64,000 nt of DNA from a bacterium (GCA_965249485.1 OZ252239.1:3104001-3168000), one strand, 5' to 3'; shown: positions 10,363 to 19,370, numbered from the stretch's first letter. The notes: generated by a model not told the origin, from the sequence alone. Numbers and translations are program-made.

Positions 10363-11004
10363 TTATTCAATTTTATTGCTCTCAAATTGATGTAAAACTG
10401 ATTCAAATACAGAAAGTGACTGTTTTTTTAATTCATCAATAGTGTTGGTATTATGGATTACAAAATGTGATTTTTCGATTTTTTCATCCTGGACCATCTG
10501 AATATCCATTCCCTGCAAGAGAACATCTGCAACAATAGGGTCACGTATTCTAACTCGTTCTATCATTTGGTCTTTATCAGCAGCAACCGTTACGATAAAA
10601 TCGTATAGATTTTCAGTTCCGCTTTCAAAAATCAGTGCCGCATCGACTCCTATCATCTTATATATACCGCTTTGCGCTTTTTGATCAATGTCTTTCCAGT
10701 ACAGCTTCCGTAATTCAGGATGTATAATACGATTTAATTTTTCTGAACTTTTTTTACTTTGAAATACTATTTTTCTCAATTTTTCTCGGCTGATCCGCCC
10801 ATCGGTCCCGCAAATTTCAGTGCCGTACGCATCAATAACCTGCTGATGTAATGTATCATCGTTCCAGAGTAGCTCCGTTGCCCTGCGGTCAGCATCAATG
10901 ATGTAGGCACCTTGTTCCTCAAATATTTTTGCAACAGTAGATTTGCCACTTCCCATATTTCCGGTAATAGCAATAATCGGACAGGAGTACTTATAAATAT
11001 GCAT
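10363..11004 (-). CDS. coaE: Dephospho-CoA kinase
   Basis: IAITGNMGSGKSTV, IIDAD, IIHP, ALIFE motifs. Confidence 0.93.
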   Translation of the reverse strand: MHIYKYSCPIIAITGNMGSGKSTVAKIFEEQGAYIIDADRRATELLWNDDTLHQQVIDAYGTEICGTDGRISREKLRKIVFQSKKSSEKLNRIIHPELRKLYWKDIDQKAQSGIYKMIGVDAALIFESGTENLYDFIVTVAADKDQMIERVRIRDPIVADVLLQGMDIQMVQDEKIEKSHFVIHNTNTIDELKKQSLSVFESVLHQFESNKIE

Positions 11005-11015
11005 TGCGGTTGCGC

Positions 11016-12119
11016 CTATGTCGTTTCCAGAGTAAGATCGCCTGTTTCCGGTTCACCACTTTCTTCCATCCGGATACGAAGCTTCAGGTCGTTAGCACTA
11101 TCTGCGGCACGGATAGCAATATCATAGTCGATGATTTCGGATTTGTAGAGTTCATACAGGTGCTGATCGAACGTCTGCATTCCTTCATGGTTACTTGCAG
11201 ATATTACACTTTTTAATCCCGTGGTGTCTCCCTTATGAATGAGATCGCTGATACGGGGAGAACCGAGCATAATTTCCAGGACTCCTGCCCGTCCGTCACC
11301 ATTCAGTGTTTTAACAAGCCGTTGACAGATTACTCCTCGCAAGTTGAGAGAGAGCTGCATATAAATCTGCCGGTGTTCAGGAACCGGAAAGAAATTCAAT
11401 ATTCGCTCAAGTGTTTGATTGGCGTTGTTTGAGTGGAGCGTGCTTAAGACGAGATGCCCTGTTTCAGCAAAAGATATAGCAGCTTCCATTGTTTCTCTGT
11501 CCCGTATTTCTCCAATGAGCATAACATCGGGTGCTTGACGCAGTGCGCTTTTCAAAGCATCTTTGTACGATTTGGTATCCATGCCCACTTCGCGCTGCGT
11601 AACGATACTTTTTTTGTGCTGGTGGATAAACTCAAGGGGGTCTTCGATAGTAATGATATGCCCCGATTTTGTTCTGTTTCTGTAATCGACCATAGCAGCA
11701 AGTGTTGTCGATTTACCAGAGCCGGTCGCTCCAGTCACTAAAACAAGCCCCCGTGATTCAAGTGCTAGCTCTCCGAGTACTGCAGGGAGTTTTAAGTCTT
11801 CAAGCGAAAGAATGTCGAGTTTAATCTGCCGGATAACCATTGCAACAGAATTACGTTGTTTCATAATATTAACACGAAACCTGCCTATCCCAGGAAGGCT
11901 GTATGCAAGATTTTGCTCCAAACTAACTTCAAATTCTTGAGCCTGATCCTCTCTCATCAATCCGTTAGACATCTCAACAATTTGATCATTCGTCAGATCA
12001 TCTTTTCCGATTCTAACAAATTTTCCTTTTGCACTCAATGACGGAGGCGCACCAACGATCAGATAGAGATCGGATGCTTCCTGCTTTACCATTGTTTTGA
12101 GTAACGCATCAAGGTTCAT
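11016..12119 (-). CDS. pilU: Type IV pilus retraction ATPase, PilU-like
   Basis: ASDLY, GATGSGKST, TIEDPLE, LRQAPD, GEIRD, AETGHL, HSNNANQ and ADSANDL (PilU-type). Lacks the PilT AIRNLIRE motif. Confidence 0.85.
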   Translation of the reverse strand: MNLDALLKTMVKQEASDLYLIVGAPPSLSAKGKFVRIGKDDLTNDQIVEMSNGLMREDQAQEFEVSLEQNLAYSLPGIGRFRVNIMKQRNSVAMVIRQIKLDILSLEDLKLPAVLGELALESRGLVLVTGATGSGKSTTLAAMVDYRNRTKSGHIITIEDPLEFIHQHKKSIVTQREVGMDTKSYKDALKSALRQAPDVMLIGEIRDRETMEAAISFAETGHLVLSTLHSNNANQTLERILNFFPVPEHRQIYMQLSLNLRGVICQRLVKTLNGDGRAGVLEIMLGSPRISDLIHKGDTTGLKSVISASNHEGMQTFDQHLYELYKSEIIDYDIAIRAADSANDLKLRIRMEESGEPETGDLTLETT

Positions 12120-12184
12120 TGGGTAACCTCACACCTGATTATCTTAAGTATTGAAGAAACATTTTCAATTTACGAATTACGATT

Positions 12185-13018
12185 TTATTGATCATTATTT
12201 ACCAATCGAATTAGTCCCTGCACATCGTAAACATAACTTTTCAAAGCCGGAAGTGTACTACGCAGAGTATCGCAAATTTGTGTTATATCCGGTTTGTCAA
12301 TGCCACAAGTTTGCAACATATCGCTATCGGAAAAAAGGGCTTCTTTTTCACCATCAAACTTGATCGTACCATCGTCAATTACTATGATCCTTTGTGCAAC
12401 CCGTACTATAAAATCGAGATTGTGTGATACAACACATACTGTCTTGCCATTTTCATGTAAATCTTTAATTATCTTTTCAACATCCTGCGCACTTTTAAAA
12501 TCGAGACCAATCGTCGGCTCATCAAACAATACAACTTCAGGTTTCATAGCAAGTACACCTGCGATTGCTACTTTTCTCCGTTCACCACTGCTTAAACTAT
12601 GTGGGGACCTGTTTTCAAATTCATTCGAGTCAAGACCAACCATTTCAAGAGATGCACGTGCTCTTTCAAGCAGCGCAGAGTTAGCATGGCCATTTTTGGG
12701 GATTCCAAACGACACATCATCGATGACAGTTTCTTCAAATATCTGCTTTTCAGGAAATTGAAAGACAATGCCAATTTTGGACCGGACAGCATTCCAGTCT
12801 TTTGCATTGAGCAGTGCAGTGCTGTCCATCGAGATTATACCGCTATCAGGATTTAACAATCCCGCGCATAGCTCAAGGACTGTCGATTTACCCGAGCCAG
12901 TTCTGCCGATAATCCCGACAAGTTCTCCCTGAGTAATTCTGAACGATATATCTGTTACAGCAGGAGTGCTATCGGTAGTATTATAAGAAAAATTTATTTT
13001 TTCAAGTTCAATATTCAT
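12185..13018 (-). CDS. ecfA2: ECF transporter ATPase EcfA2
   Basis: GRTGSGKST, VFQFPEKQIFEETV, FDEPTIGLD. Confidence 0.88.
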   Translation of the reverse strand: MNIELEKINFSYNTTDSTPAVTDISFRITQGELVGIIGRTGSGKSTVLELCAGLLNPDSGIISMDSTALLNAKDWNAVRSKIGIVFQFPEKQIFEETVIDDVSFGIPKNGHANSALLERARASLEMVGLDSNEFENRSPHSLSSGERRKVAIAGVLAMKPEVVLFDEPTIGLDFKSAQDVEKIIKDLHENGKTVCVVSHNLDFIVRVAQRIIVIDDGTIKFDGEKEALFSDSDMLQTCGIDKPDITQICDTLRSTLPALKSYVYDVQGLIRLVNNDQ

Positions 13019-13036
13019 GTATTTGAATCTACTTAT

Positions 13037-13855
13037 TTATGAATAATTAAACAGTGTCTCTGGCAACTGAATTTCAGGACATGCTTTTTTTAGCCGGTAT
13101 TCAACTGGAATCTCAACACCTATTTCTCGTAGCAATTCCTGCTTCTCACTGAAAATAAATTCTGGAATACCATCAGCGACTATGCTTCCCTGATTCAAAA
13201 CCACAACTCTATCACATTGGACTGCTTCTCTTGAAAACTGAGTTATCAATATGACAGAAAATCCCTCCCGCTTCTGCTCCCCAATCTCTTTTTGTAACTG
13301 AGTAAATATTGATTTCCTGTCAAGACTATCGAGAAACGAAGTCGGTTCGTCAAGGATAAGATACTTCGGATTAGCCACCAACACAGAAGCTAGTGCTAAT
13401 TTCTGCTTTTGTCCACCAGAAAGCTGAAATGGAGACCTGTTCTTTAATCCGGAATAGTTAAATTCTTCTAAAATCCGGTTTACACGCCTGACAATTTCTG
13501 ACCGGGGAACACCTCTATTCTCAAGCCCAAATGCAATTTCCCTCTCAACAAAATTAGTTACGAGTTGATCATCAGGATTCTGGAATACAATTCCTATAAG
13601 ATCATAGAGCGATCGGGAGCGCAGCAGTACATTAATATCCGTATTATCTATTGAAATTGAACCGGACTGTGCTAAATGTAATCCAGACATTGCCAACGCT
13701 AAAGTCGATTTTCCCGAACCGTTCGGACCTATGATCGCAGTAAATTCTGCTTCTTTAATATCAATTGATACATTGCTGATCGCTTGGAAAGAATTATTCG
13801 GATCGAGAGGGTATGAAACATTGATATTATGACAATTAATCATCGGGATTGCCAA
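13037..13855 (-). CDS. ecfA1: ECF transporter ATPase EcfA1
   Basis: GPNGSGKST, VFQNPDDQLV, IAFGLEN, LSGGQKQK, LDEPT. Confidence 0.88.
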   Translation of the reverse strand: MAIPMINCHNINVSYPLDPNNSFQAISNVSIDIKEAEFTAIIGPNGSGKSTLALAMSGLHLAQSGSISIDNTDINVLLRSRSLYDLIGIVFQNPDDQLVTNFVEREIAFGLENRGVPRSEIVRRVNRILEEFNYSGLKNRSPFQLSGGQKQKLALASVLVANPKYLILDEPTSFLDSLDRKSIFTQLQKEIGEQKREGFSVILITQFSREAVQCDRVVVLNQGSIVADGIPEFIFSEKQELLREIGVEIPVEYRLKKACPEIQLPETLFNYS

Positions 13856-15002
13856 TCCGCTTTATTACATCATAAACATATTTTAAGGGTATATTCTCTT
13901 TTTCTGCAACTTTTTTACACTCTTCATATTCCGGAGAAGTATGCTTCTTTCCATTATAGAAATAAGATTTTACTTTCAGCATACCCCATGGAGTTTGTAC
14001 TTTTTCGATTTCACGTACAAGTTTTGTTCTGTCGGTATCATGATACCGAATGCCCAATGAAGTTGTCTCTTGAAAAATCACATCCATACATGTATCGAGA
14101 TAACTCCTTTCGAGTACAACTGTAATTTTCTGACCGGGCCGACCCTTTTTCATAATAATTGGTGTCAGAAACACATCCACCGCACCCTTTTTGAACAACT
14201 TTTCCATAATATACGGAAACATTTCCGGATTCAAATCATCAACATTAGATTCAGCGACAATCATTTTATCCTGTTCAAAATCTGCATCTGTTTCACATAT
14301 GATAATTCTAAATACATTGGGGAAATTTTTATCGTCTCTGTCACCTGCACCGTATCCGGTTCCGGTTATTCGCATTGTTGGTAATGCAGCACTGTATTGT
14401 GCAAGCGTTGTAACAAGAGCCGCACCAGTCGGTGTCGTCAACTCTGCTCCAATCTCTTTTTTTGTGACGGGAAATCCTTTAACGAGTTCCAGTGTTGCAG
14501 GTGCCGGGACAGGAATTGTACCATGTTCACATTCGACCGATCCTGAACCAAGGCAAATTTCAGAGCAATAACAGGCTTCTATCCCTAATTGCTCAAGCCC
14601 CCATACTGATCCGATGATATCAATGATTGAATCAGCCGCGCCAACTTCATGGAAATGAATTTTTTCTAAAGGAATCTGGTGAATTGTGCTTTCTGCTTCA
14701 GAAATTCTCCTGCAAATATTTTTCGATTTTTCACGTGTAGACTCTGACAAATCTCCGGATTCTATTATTGCTATGATGTCTTTTAGATGTCTGTGCTTTT
14801 TCTGTTCAGTAACGGTTAACTTGAAGTCTGTAGCACCAATTCCCTTCTTAGTTATTCTTTTTGCATCTATGGACACTCCATTGATTCCAAGGGATCTTAC
14901 CATATCTTTTAAAGATTTTATGTCGAGCCCACAGTCTACCAGTGCGCCGAGCATCATGTCACCGCTGATTCCGGCAAAACAGTCAAAATAAGCTATTTTC
15001 AT
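13836..15002 (-). CDS. larC: Nickel-pincer nucleotide cofactor nickel-insertion protein LarC
   Basis: YFDCFAGISGDM, HFHEVGAADSI, HGTIPVPAPAT, ELTTPTGAA, MKKGRPG, ETTSLGIR, PEYE. Confidence 0.95.
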   Translation of the reverse strand: MKIAYFDCFAGISGDMMLGALVDCGLDIKSLKDMVRSLGINGVSIDAKRITKKGIGATDFKLTVTEQKKHRHLKDIIAIIESGDLSESTREKSKNICRRISEAESTIHQIPLEKIHFHEVGAADSIIDIIGSVWGLEQLGIEACYCSEICLGSGSVECEHGTIPVPAPATLELVKGFPVTKKEIGAELTTPTGAALVTTLAQYSAALPTMRITGTGYGAGDRDDKNFPNVFRIIICETDADFEQDKMIVAESNVDDLNPEMFPYIMEKLFKKGAVDVFLTPIIMKKGRPGQKITVVLERSYLDTCMDVIFQETTSLGIRYHDTDRTKLVREIEKVQTPWGMLKVKSYFYNGKKHTSPEYEECKKVAEKENIPLKYVYDVIKRIGNPDD

Positions 15003-15038
15003 CAGATATTATATTATTTGTTTGTTACTATAATGCAC

Positions 15039-15063
15039 TAACGGCGGTATAAAACCGCCGCTA
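15039..15063. terminator. GC-rich hairpin downstream of response regulator gene
   Basis: CGGCGGT-ATAAA-ACCGCCG stem-loop. The U-tract is weak. Confidence 0.4.
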
Positions 15064-15164
15064 TTTCAATGGAGAACTTTTGTAATAAAAATCTGCTCCA
15101 CACTATTTAAAAATGATTAAGTGTTTTCAAAAACATCACATTGTATGATTTATAAATGTGATTC

Positions 15165-16508
15165 TTAGGATTTTACGAACTTCCATAAACTTACCTGGGC
15201 TTTGCTCACAAGGTCTTCAAAGGTTGTACCATCCATAGGAAAATCAGCATAGCCATAATCCAATAGAATACCATTTTTCTTAATAAATTTATCGGTCTCA
15301 ACGACTTTCTTGATTTTTGCGGCAATAGTCTCGGTTGTAATCTTTGTTTTTCCCTGAAGTACAACCATAAAGGAATCCATGCCAATTTTTACAGCAGAAT
15401 CAATCGGTGTTATCATATTTTTAATATGGTCAAAAACATGATCCCCAATACTGAAAATCTTTATTCCATAGTTAGATTTATCTTTTAGATAAAGCTTGAA
15501 TATAAGAACACTTAATGTTCCTCTATACTGACCGGCTTTTCTAATCGTTTCCATCAGTTCGCTTCTGCCTCCAGACATCGGATCAGTAATGAGCAATTTC
15601 CGTTCGACATTGTATTGCCCAAGCCGGATCATGGGTGCAATTTGAACTGACATAACCTCGAGTAGCTTTAATTTTTCAAGGTCACTCTGGTCTGATTCAT
15701 CAAGCTGATGAATTGTAATAAGCCCAACAAGATGATTCTGTGCATTAAGGGGTATAACACAAAAATTCTTTATTTTTTTCTTGTCTGAATCAGCAATTGC
15801 TTTTGAAAATATTGCATCTTTTTTGTAATCAGAAACATGGACAACTTCATTATCTCGAATAGCTTGTCCTATAATTCCTTTTTTCCATTGAATTTTAAAA
15901 TTTGTTGTCGATTTCTTTGTGAAGCCGACACTATCTTTTACAAAAAATTCCTCTTTCTCTTCATCGTGTATCAAAAGCATTGCCAGATTAATATCAAGGC
16001 TTGCTTCAATAGTACCTAATGCAAAGTTAATAATTTCATCCATTTCTTCACTTGAGTTTATGATTTTACTTATCTCATAAAGTGTTGTTAAATCTGCTAA
16101 AGCTTTTTCAACTTTACGAGATAATTCGAGGTTTTGCTTTTTTAATCTTATTTTTTCAATCGCTTTATTTACTGTTATGACTATTTCAGAGACATTAAAC
16201 GGTTTATGAATATAGTTATAGACACCATGTTTCATTGCTTCAATTGCAGATTCGATACTGGAATGACCAGTAATGACAATTACTTCACAATCCACCGAAA
16301 CTTTGTGTGCAGCTTTAACAATATCGAGCCCGGAAAACTTAGGCATCTGAAGATCCGTTATAATAACATCATAATATTCTGACTGAATTCGCTTCAGTGC
16401 CTTTTCAGGATTTTGAAAGGTGTCGACTGAATATCCTTCTTCAGTGAGCACTTCATTCAAAATTTCTGTAACTCCTACCTCATCATCAATAACCAGAATT
16501 TTTTCCAT
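15165..16508 (-). CDS. Response regulator: REC + GAF + degenerate GGDEF-like domain
   Basis: ILVIDDE, IITDLQMP, YIHKPF (intact receiver). GAF segment GIIGQAI...VIPL...LVGLI. C-terminal KIGMDSF...GYADFPMDG at GGDEF positions. Confidence 0.85.
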   Translation of the reverse strand: MEKILVIDDEVGVTEILNEVLTEEGYSVDTFQNPEKALKRIQSEYYDVIITDLQMPKFSGLDIVKAAHKVSVDCEVIVITGHSSIESAIEAMKHGVYNYIHKPFNVSEIVITVNKAIEKIRLKKQNLELSRKVEKALADLTTLYEISKIINSSEEMDEIINFALGTIEASLDINLAMLLIHDEEKEEFFVKDSVGFTKKSTTNFKIQWKKGIIGQAIRDNEVVHVSDYKKDAIFSKAIADSDKKKIKNFCVIPLNAQNHLVGLITIHQLDESDQSDLEKLKLLEVMSVQIAPMIRLGQYNVERKLLITDPMSGGRSELMETIRKAGQYRGTLSVLIFKLYLKDKSNYGIKIFSIGDHVFDHIKNMITPIDSAVKIGMDSFMVVLQGKTKITTETIAAKIKKVVETDKFIKKNGILLDYGYADFPMDGTTFEDLVSKAQVSLWKFVKS

Positions 16509-16583
16509 GGAGACTGCTCCTCATTTTGTGCAGTATAAAACGCTTAAATATTGAATGCGGAAAATTTCAAATGGTAGGGCTCA

Positions 16584-18005
16584 TTACGCAAATTTTGACT
16601 GGGAATTTATTTTCATTTCACCACCTCTGGAAAAGACATGAACCTGCTTATAGGTAAACTCTGTTTTCAGTTTACTCTGGTCTATACTCACCAAAACATT
16701 TCTAAAAACTGTATCTGCTGAAATTTTTTTCAGATTTTCACTCACCATAACCTTGAACTCTTTTTGGAGCTCTTCTTTCTTTTTAATAACTTCATTTTTC
16801 TTTTCTCGGAATTTCTTGAGCTTAATTAATAACTCCTTAAGCTGCTTTTGTTTGGATTCCGGAAATTTCGGCAGTTTTCTCTTCAAAACTTCGATAAATT
16901 CAATTTCTTTGACAAGGCTATTTTCGGCTTTTGTTAGGTACTCTTCGTCACGCTCGATAATGAGCATCTTTTCATACAATTCTCCTTCGACACGGCCGCC
17001 GACTTTTACCTCTGCCAACAAATTACTTGCAGAACCAATTGTTTTGGCTTCTATTGCCTTTTCCGCGTAAAGTTTCCCTCCGATTATTGAACCACGGCCT
17101 TCATTGGCTTTTATCTCATTATCCGCACTAATAATAGAATTCATGATATACTCACCGACAGTAACATCATTCCCAGCTTCAATTGTAGCCTCATTAATGA
17201 ATTCCGCCCGGACATCTTTAGCTGCAAGTATTCTGGCTTTTTCCTGGCCAACAACGCCTCGTCCAATAACAACACTCCCTTTAGTCGATATCAATTCTGC
17301 TCCTTCAACAACACCTCTAACCCTGATATCTCCTTCTGTTTTCACTTTAAAACCAGTAAGTACATCGCCGGATACTGCAACGTCTCCAGTAAATTCAATA
17401 TTACCAGTTGTAAAATCGACGTCGCCGTGGATTGCCAGAATGTTTTCAATACTGAGTCGTTCCTTCTCTTGAATTATTCTGCCACTTAAAGAAGCGTATA
17501 ACGACAAACCATCGTCAGATATGTAAGTGTTTTTTCCAAGAGGAAGTTTATTATCTTTACCTGTTGAGTCGATCTCCTCATCAAATACACTTCTACCATC
17601 TTTGCCCTTTGTCGCAGGAATTTTAACTGCAAGAAGCTGGTCTTTTTCAACCGTTTTCAGTGAACTGATCTGGTGAAAATCGACGCTGCCATCTTCTTTG
17701 ACTAACGGTTCGCTGCTGACTTCAGTGTCAACTTCAAGAACAATTTGTGCCTCTTCACCAATGATGGCTTCATCACCCCGGGCAATAACTTCTTTTTCAA
17801 CAAATATTTTGTTACGAATTATCTGTTTGATTTTTTCAGTATCAATTTTGTATGTCACTCCGGCTTCAAGAATTTTGTGCAGAATATCTCTCTCAGTAAG
17901 TTCCTGATCATCTGTAGGCGGGAAAGTTACATCCATGTACGCTTCAAGACCGTCACGTGAAACGGTTATACGGATGAACTCATTTTTAATCAGGATGATA
18001 TTCAA
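16584..18005 (-). CDS. FapA / DUF342 family protein (main part; probably frameshifted from upstream ORF)
   Basis: VSRDGLEAY, DGSVDF, GDVDFTTGNIEFTGDV, GF.V...GD...GVVEGA and GSIIGG repeats typical of DUF342. The TTG start lacks an SD. Confidence 0.85.
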   Translation of the reverse strand: MNIILIKNEFIRITVSRDGLEAYMDVTFPPTDDQELTERDILHKILEAGVTYKIDTEKIKQIIRNKIFVEKEVIARGDEAIIGEEAQIVLEVDTEVSSEPLVKEDGSVDFHQISSLKTVEKDQLLAVKIPATKGKDGRSVFDEEIDSTGKDNKLPLGKNTYISDDGLSLYASLSGRIIQEKERLSIENILAIHGDVDFTTGNIEFTGDVAVSGDVLTGFKVKTEGDIRVRGVVEGAELISTKGSVVIGRGVVGQEKARILAAKDVRAEFINEATIEAGNDVTVGEYIMNSIISADNEIKANEGRGSIIGGKLYAEKAIEAKTIGSASNLLAEVKVGGRVEGELYEKMLIIERDEEYLTKAENSLVKEIEFIEVLKRKLPKFPESKQKQLKELLIKLKKFREKKNEVIKKKEELQKEFKVMVSENLKKISADTVFRNVLVSIDQSKLKTEFTYKQVHVFSRGGEMKINSQSKFA

Positions 18006-18222
18006 CTAAGGAATCAGCTACTTTTACCGGCTTCTCAAGGCTCTTTTTGTAAAGATCGATAATTTTGCTATAGGGCGCTTCAAGGACGCCCAGTTGCAAA
18101 AGTTTTTGTTCAAGAGTGGAAACATCAAGATTATCAACATGTTCGGCTTTTACAACGTAAATACCGTCGTCTTCAACTTTAAGGCCTAATTTTTCGAGTT
18201 CTATTTCGCTAACGTAATCCAT
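17986..18222 (-). CDS. Small ORF, probable N-terminal segment of FapA/DUF342 gene
   Basis: 78 aa, protein-like composition, overlaps the FapA ORF by 20 nt. Removing one base joins the frames (EYHPD-KNEFIRITV). Confidence 0.6.
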   Translation of the reverse strand: MDYVSEIELEKLGLKVEDDGIYVVKAEHVDNLDVSTLEQKLLQLGVLEAPYSKIIDLYKKSLEKPVKVADSLVEYHPD

Positions 18223-18329
18223 ACAATGAAAGGGAAATTAGTGATAAATATTTATTATAAAGCGAGTAATATTGGCGTTAAGGTGATTTTCTTGAAAGCT
18301 ATTCATTCAGAGAAGTAATTGCAGTTAAC

Positions 18330-18923
18330 TTACGACTCATCATTTTCCGCGGTTTCAGTTTGGTAATCACCATCCCGGGAAATTTCGGAATCTTCTTTGA
18401 TGGATACAATATCTGCCTGTATACCTTCTTGAAATTCTTCACTATCTTCAGACTGCATAGGTCCGATATCGACTTCTTCCTCTTTGACATCAGCAGACTG
18501 ATCCGTTAAAGATTCATTATCTGAATCTGGATTTGCCATTACATTTTCACTTTCAACACCAGTGCTGCTGTAATCTTCATTTGAATTATAACTGGTTTCT
18601 TCTATATTTTCTGGTGCAATATTTTGTAGAGGCATCCCGTCTCTATCATCATCGTCATCTGATTGTTTTTGATACTCCAGCTGAATAGTAGCAGTTCTAC
18701 CACATTTACACTCAATTTCAATATTATCAATCACACCATCTTTTTTAAACAATTTCAGGATAAAAGATTCGCTCTCGATTACTTGTTTCTGACCGACAAG
18801 CTCAATATCATCCTTAACTGTCAGTTCATCATTTTTGATAACTGATTTTAAAGTACCTTCTTCATCATCATCTCTATCATCAGTACCGAAATCAAATATA
18901 TCGACAAAATCGTCTTTAGCCAT
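18330..18923 (-). CDS. Hypothetical acidic protein with CxCG motif
   Basis: 197 aa, D/E-rich termini around a compact segment IDNIEIECKCGRTATIQLEY. Has its own candidate promoter. Confidence 0.75.
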   Translation of the reverse strand: MAKDDFVDIFDFGTDDRDDDEEGTLKSVIKNDELTVKDDIELVGQKQVIESESFILKLFKKDGVIDNIEIECKCGRTATIQLEYQKQSDDDDDRDGMPLQNIAPENIEETSYNSNEDYSSTGVESENVMANPDSDNESLTDQSADVKEEEVDIGPMQSEDSEEFQEGIQADIVSIKEDSEISRDGDYQTETAENDES

Positions 18924-18958
18924 ATTTATTCTATCTCTTTGAAATTTGCTCAGTTTTA

Positions 18959-18987
18959 AATATATAGTTAAACGATTCTAAAATCAA
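18959..18987 (-). promoter_or_regulatory. Sigma70-type promoter for 18330-18923 gene
   Basis: Minus strand TTGATT-17 nt-TATATT. Confidence 0.45.
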
Positions 18988-19220
18988 GAAAAAACACCTG
19001 TCAAAATAAGTGTAAACATACTTCACCAATAATATCGTCCATTCTTAAGAGTAAAGTTATTAATTTACCGATTTTACATTGGGAAACTCATGGCAATCAT
19101 ATAAATCTTTTCAATAAATTTAATGCGAAACTATTACCTATTCTTTAAGTATTGAATGATTTATAAATATTACATGTTGATAACTTTACCTGCCAACACC
19201 TCGCACGTGCCAATAAACTC

Positions 19221-19249
19221 TTGACATATATAGTGTACATTTGTATATT
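19221..19249 (+). promoter_or_regulatory. Sigma70-type promoter P1 (toward nrdJ)
   Basis: TTGACA-17 nt-TATATT. Confidence 0.65.
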
Positions 19250-19265
19250 ATATTATATAAACATA

Positions 19266-19305
19266 AAAGAATTATGTTCATTTGTTAATGTGAACATAAT
19301 TCTTT
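19266..19305. repeat. Perfect 15-bp inverted repeat
   Basis: AAAGAATTATGTTCA-10 nt-TGAACATAATTCTTT. Confidence 0.9.
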
Positions 19306-19370
19306 CGTATTTATTCAATTTTATAACTGGTGAAATCCATGCGACATTATCCACATATAATCCACAACAT

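Noticed and set aside
19231..19258. dif-like string TAGTGTACATT-TGTATA-TTATATTATAT
   Set aside because: The spacer matches E. coli dif and the right arm is two mismatches from the XerD site, but the XerC arm lacks the inner ATAA. The sequence is AT-rich and already explained by promoter P1.
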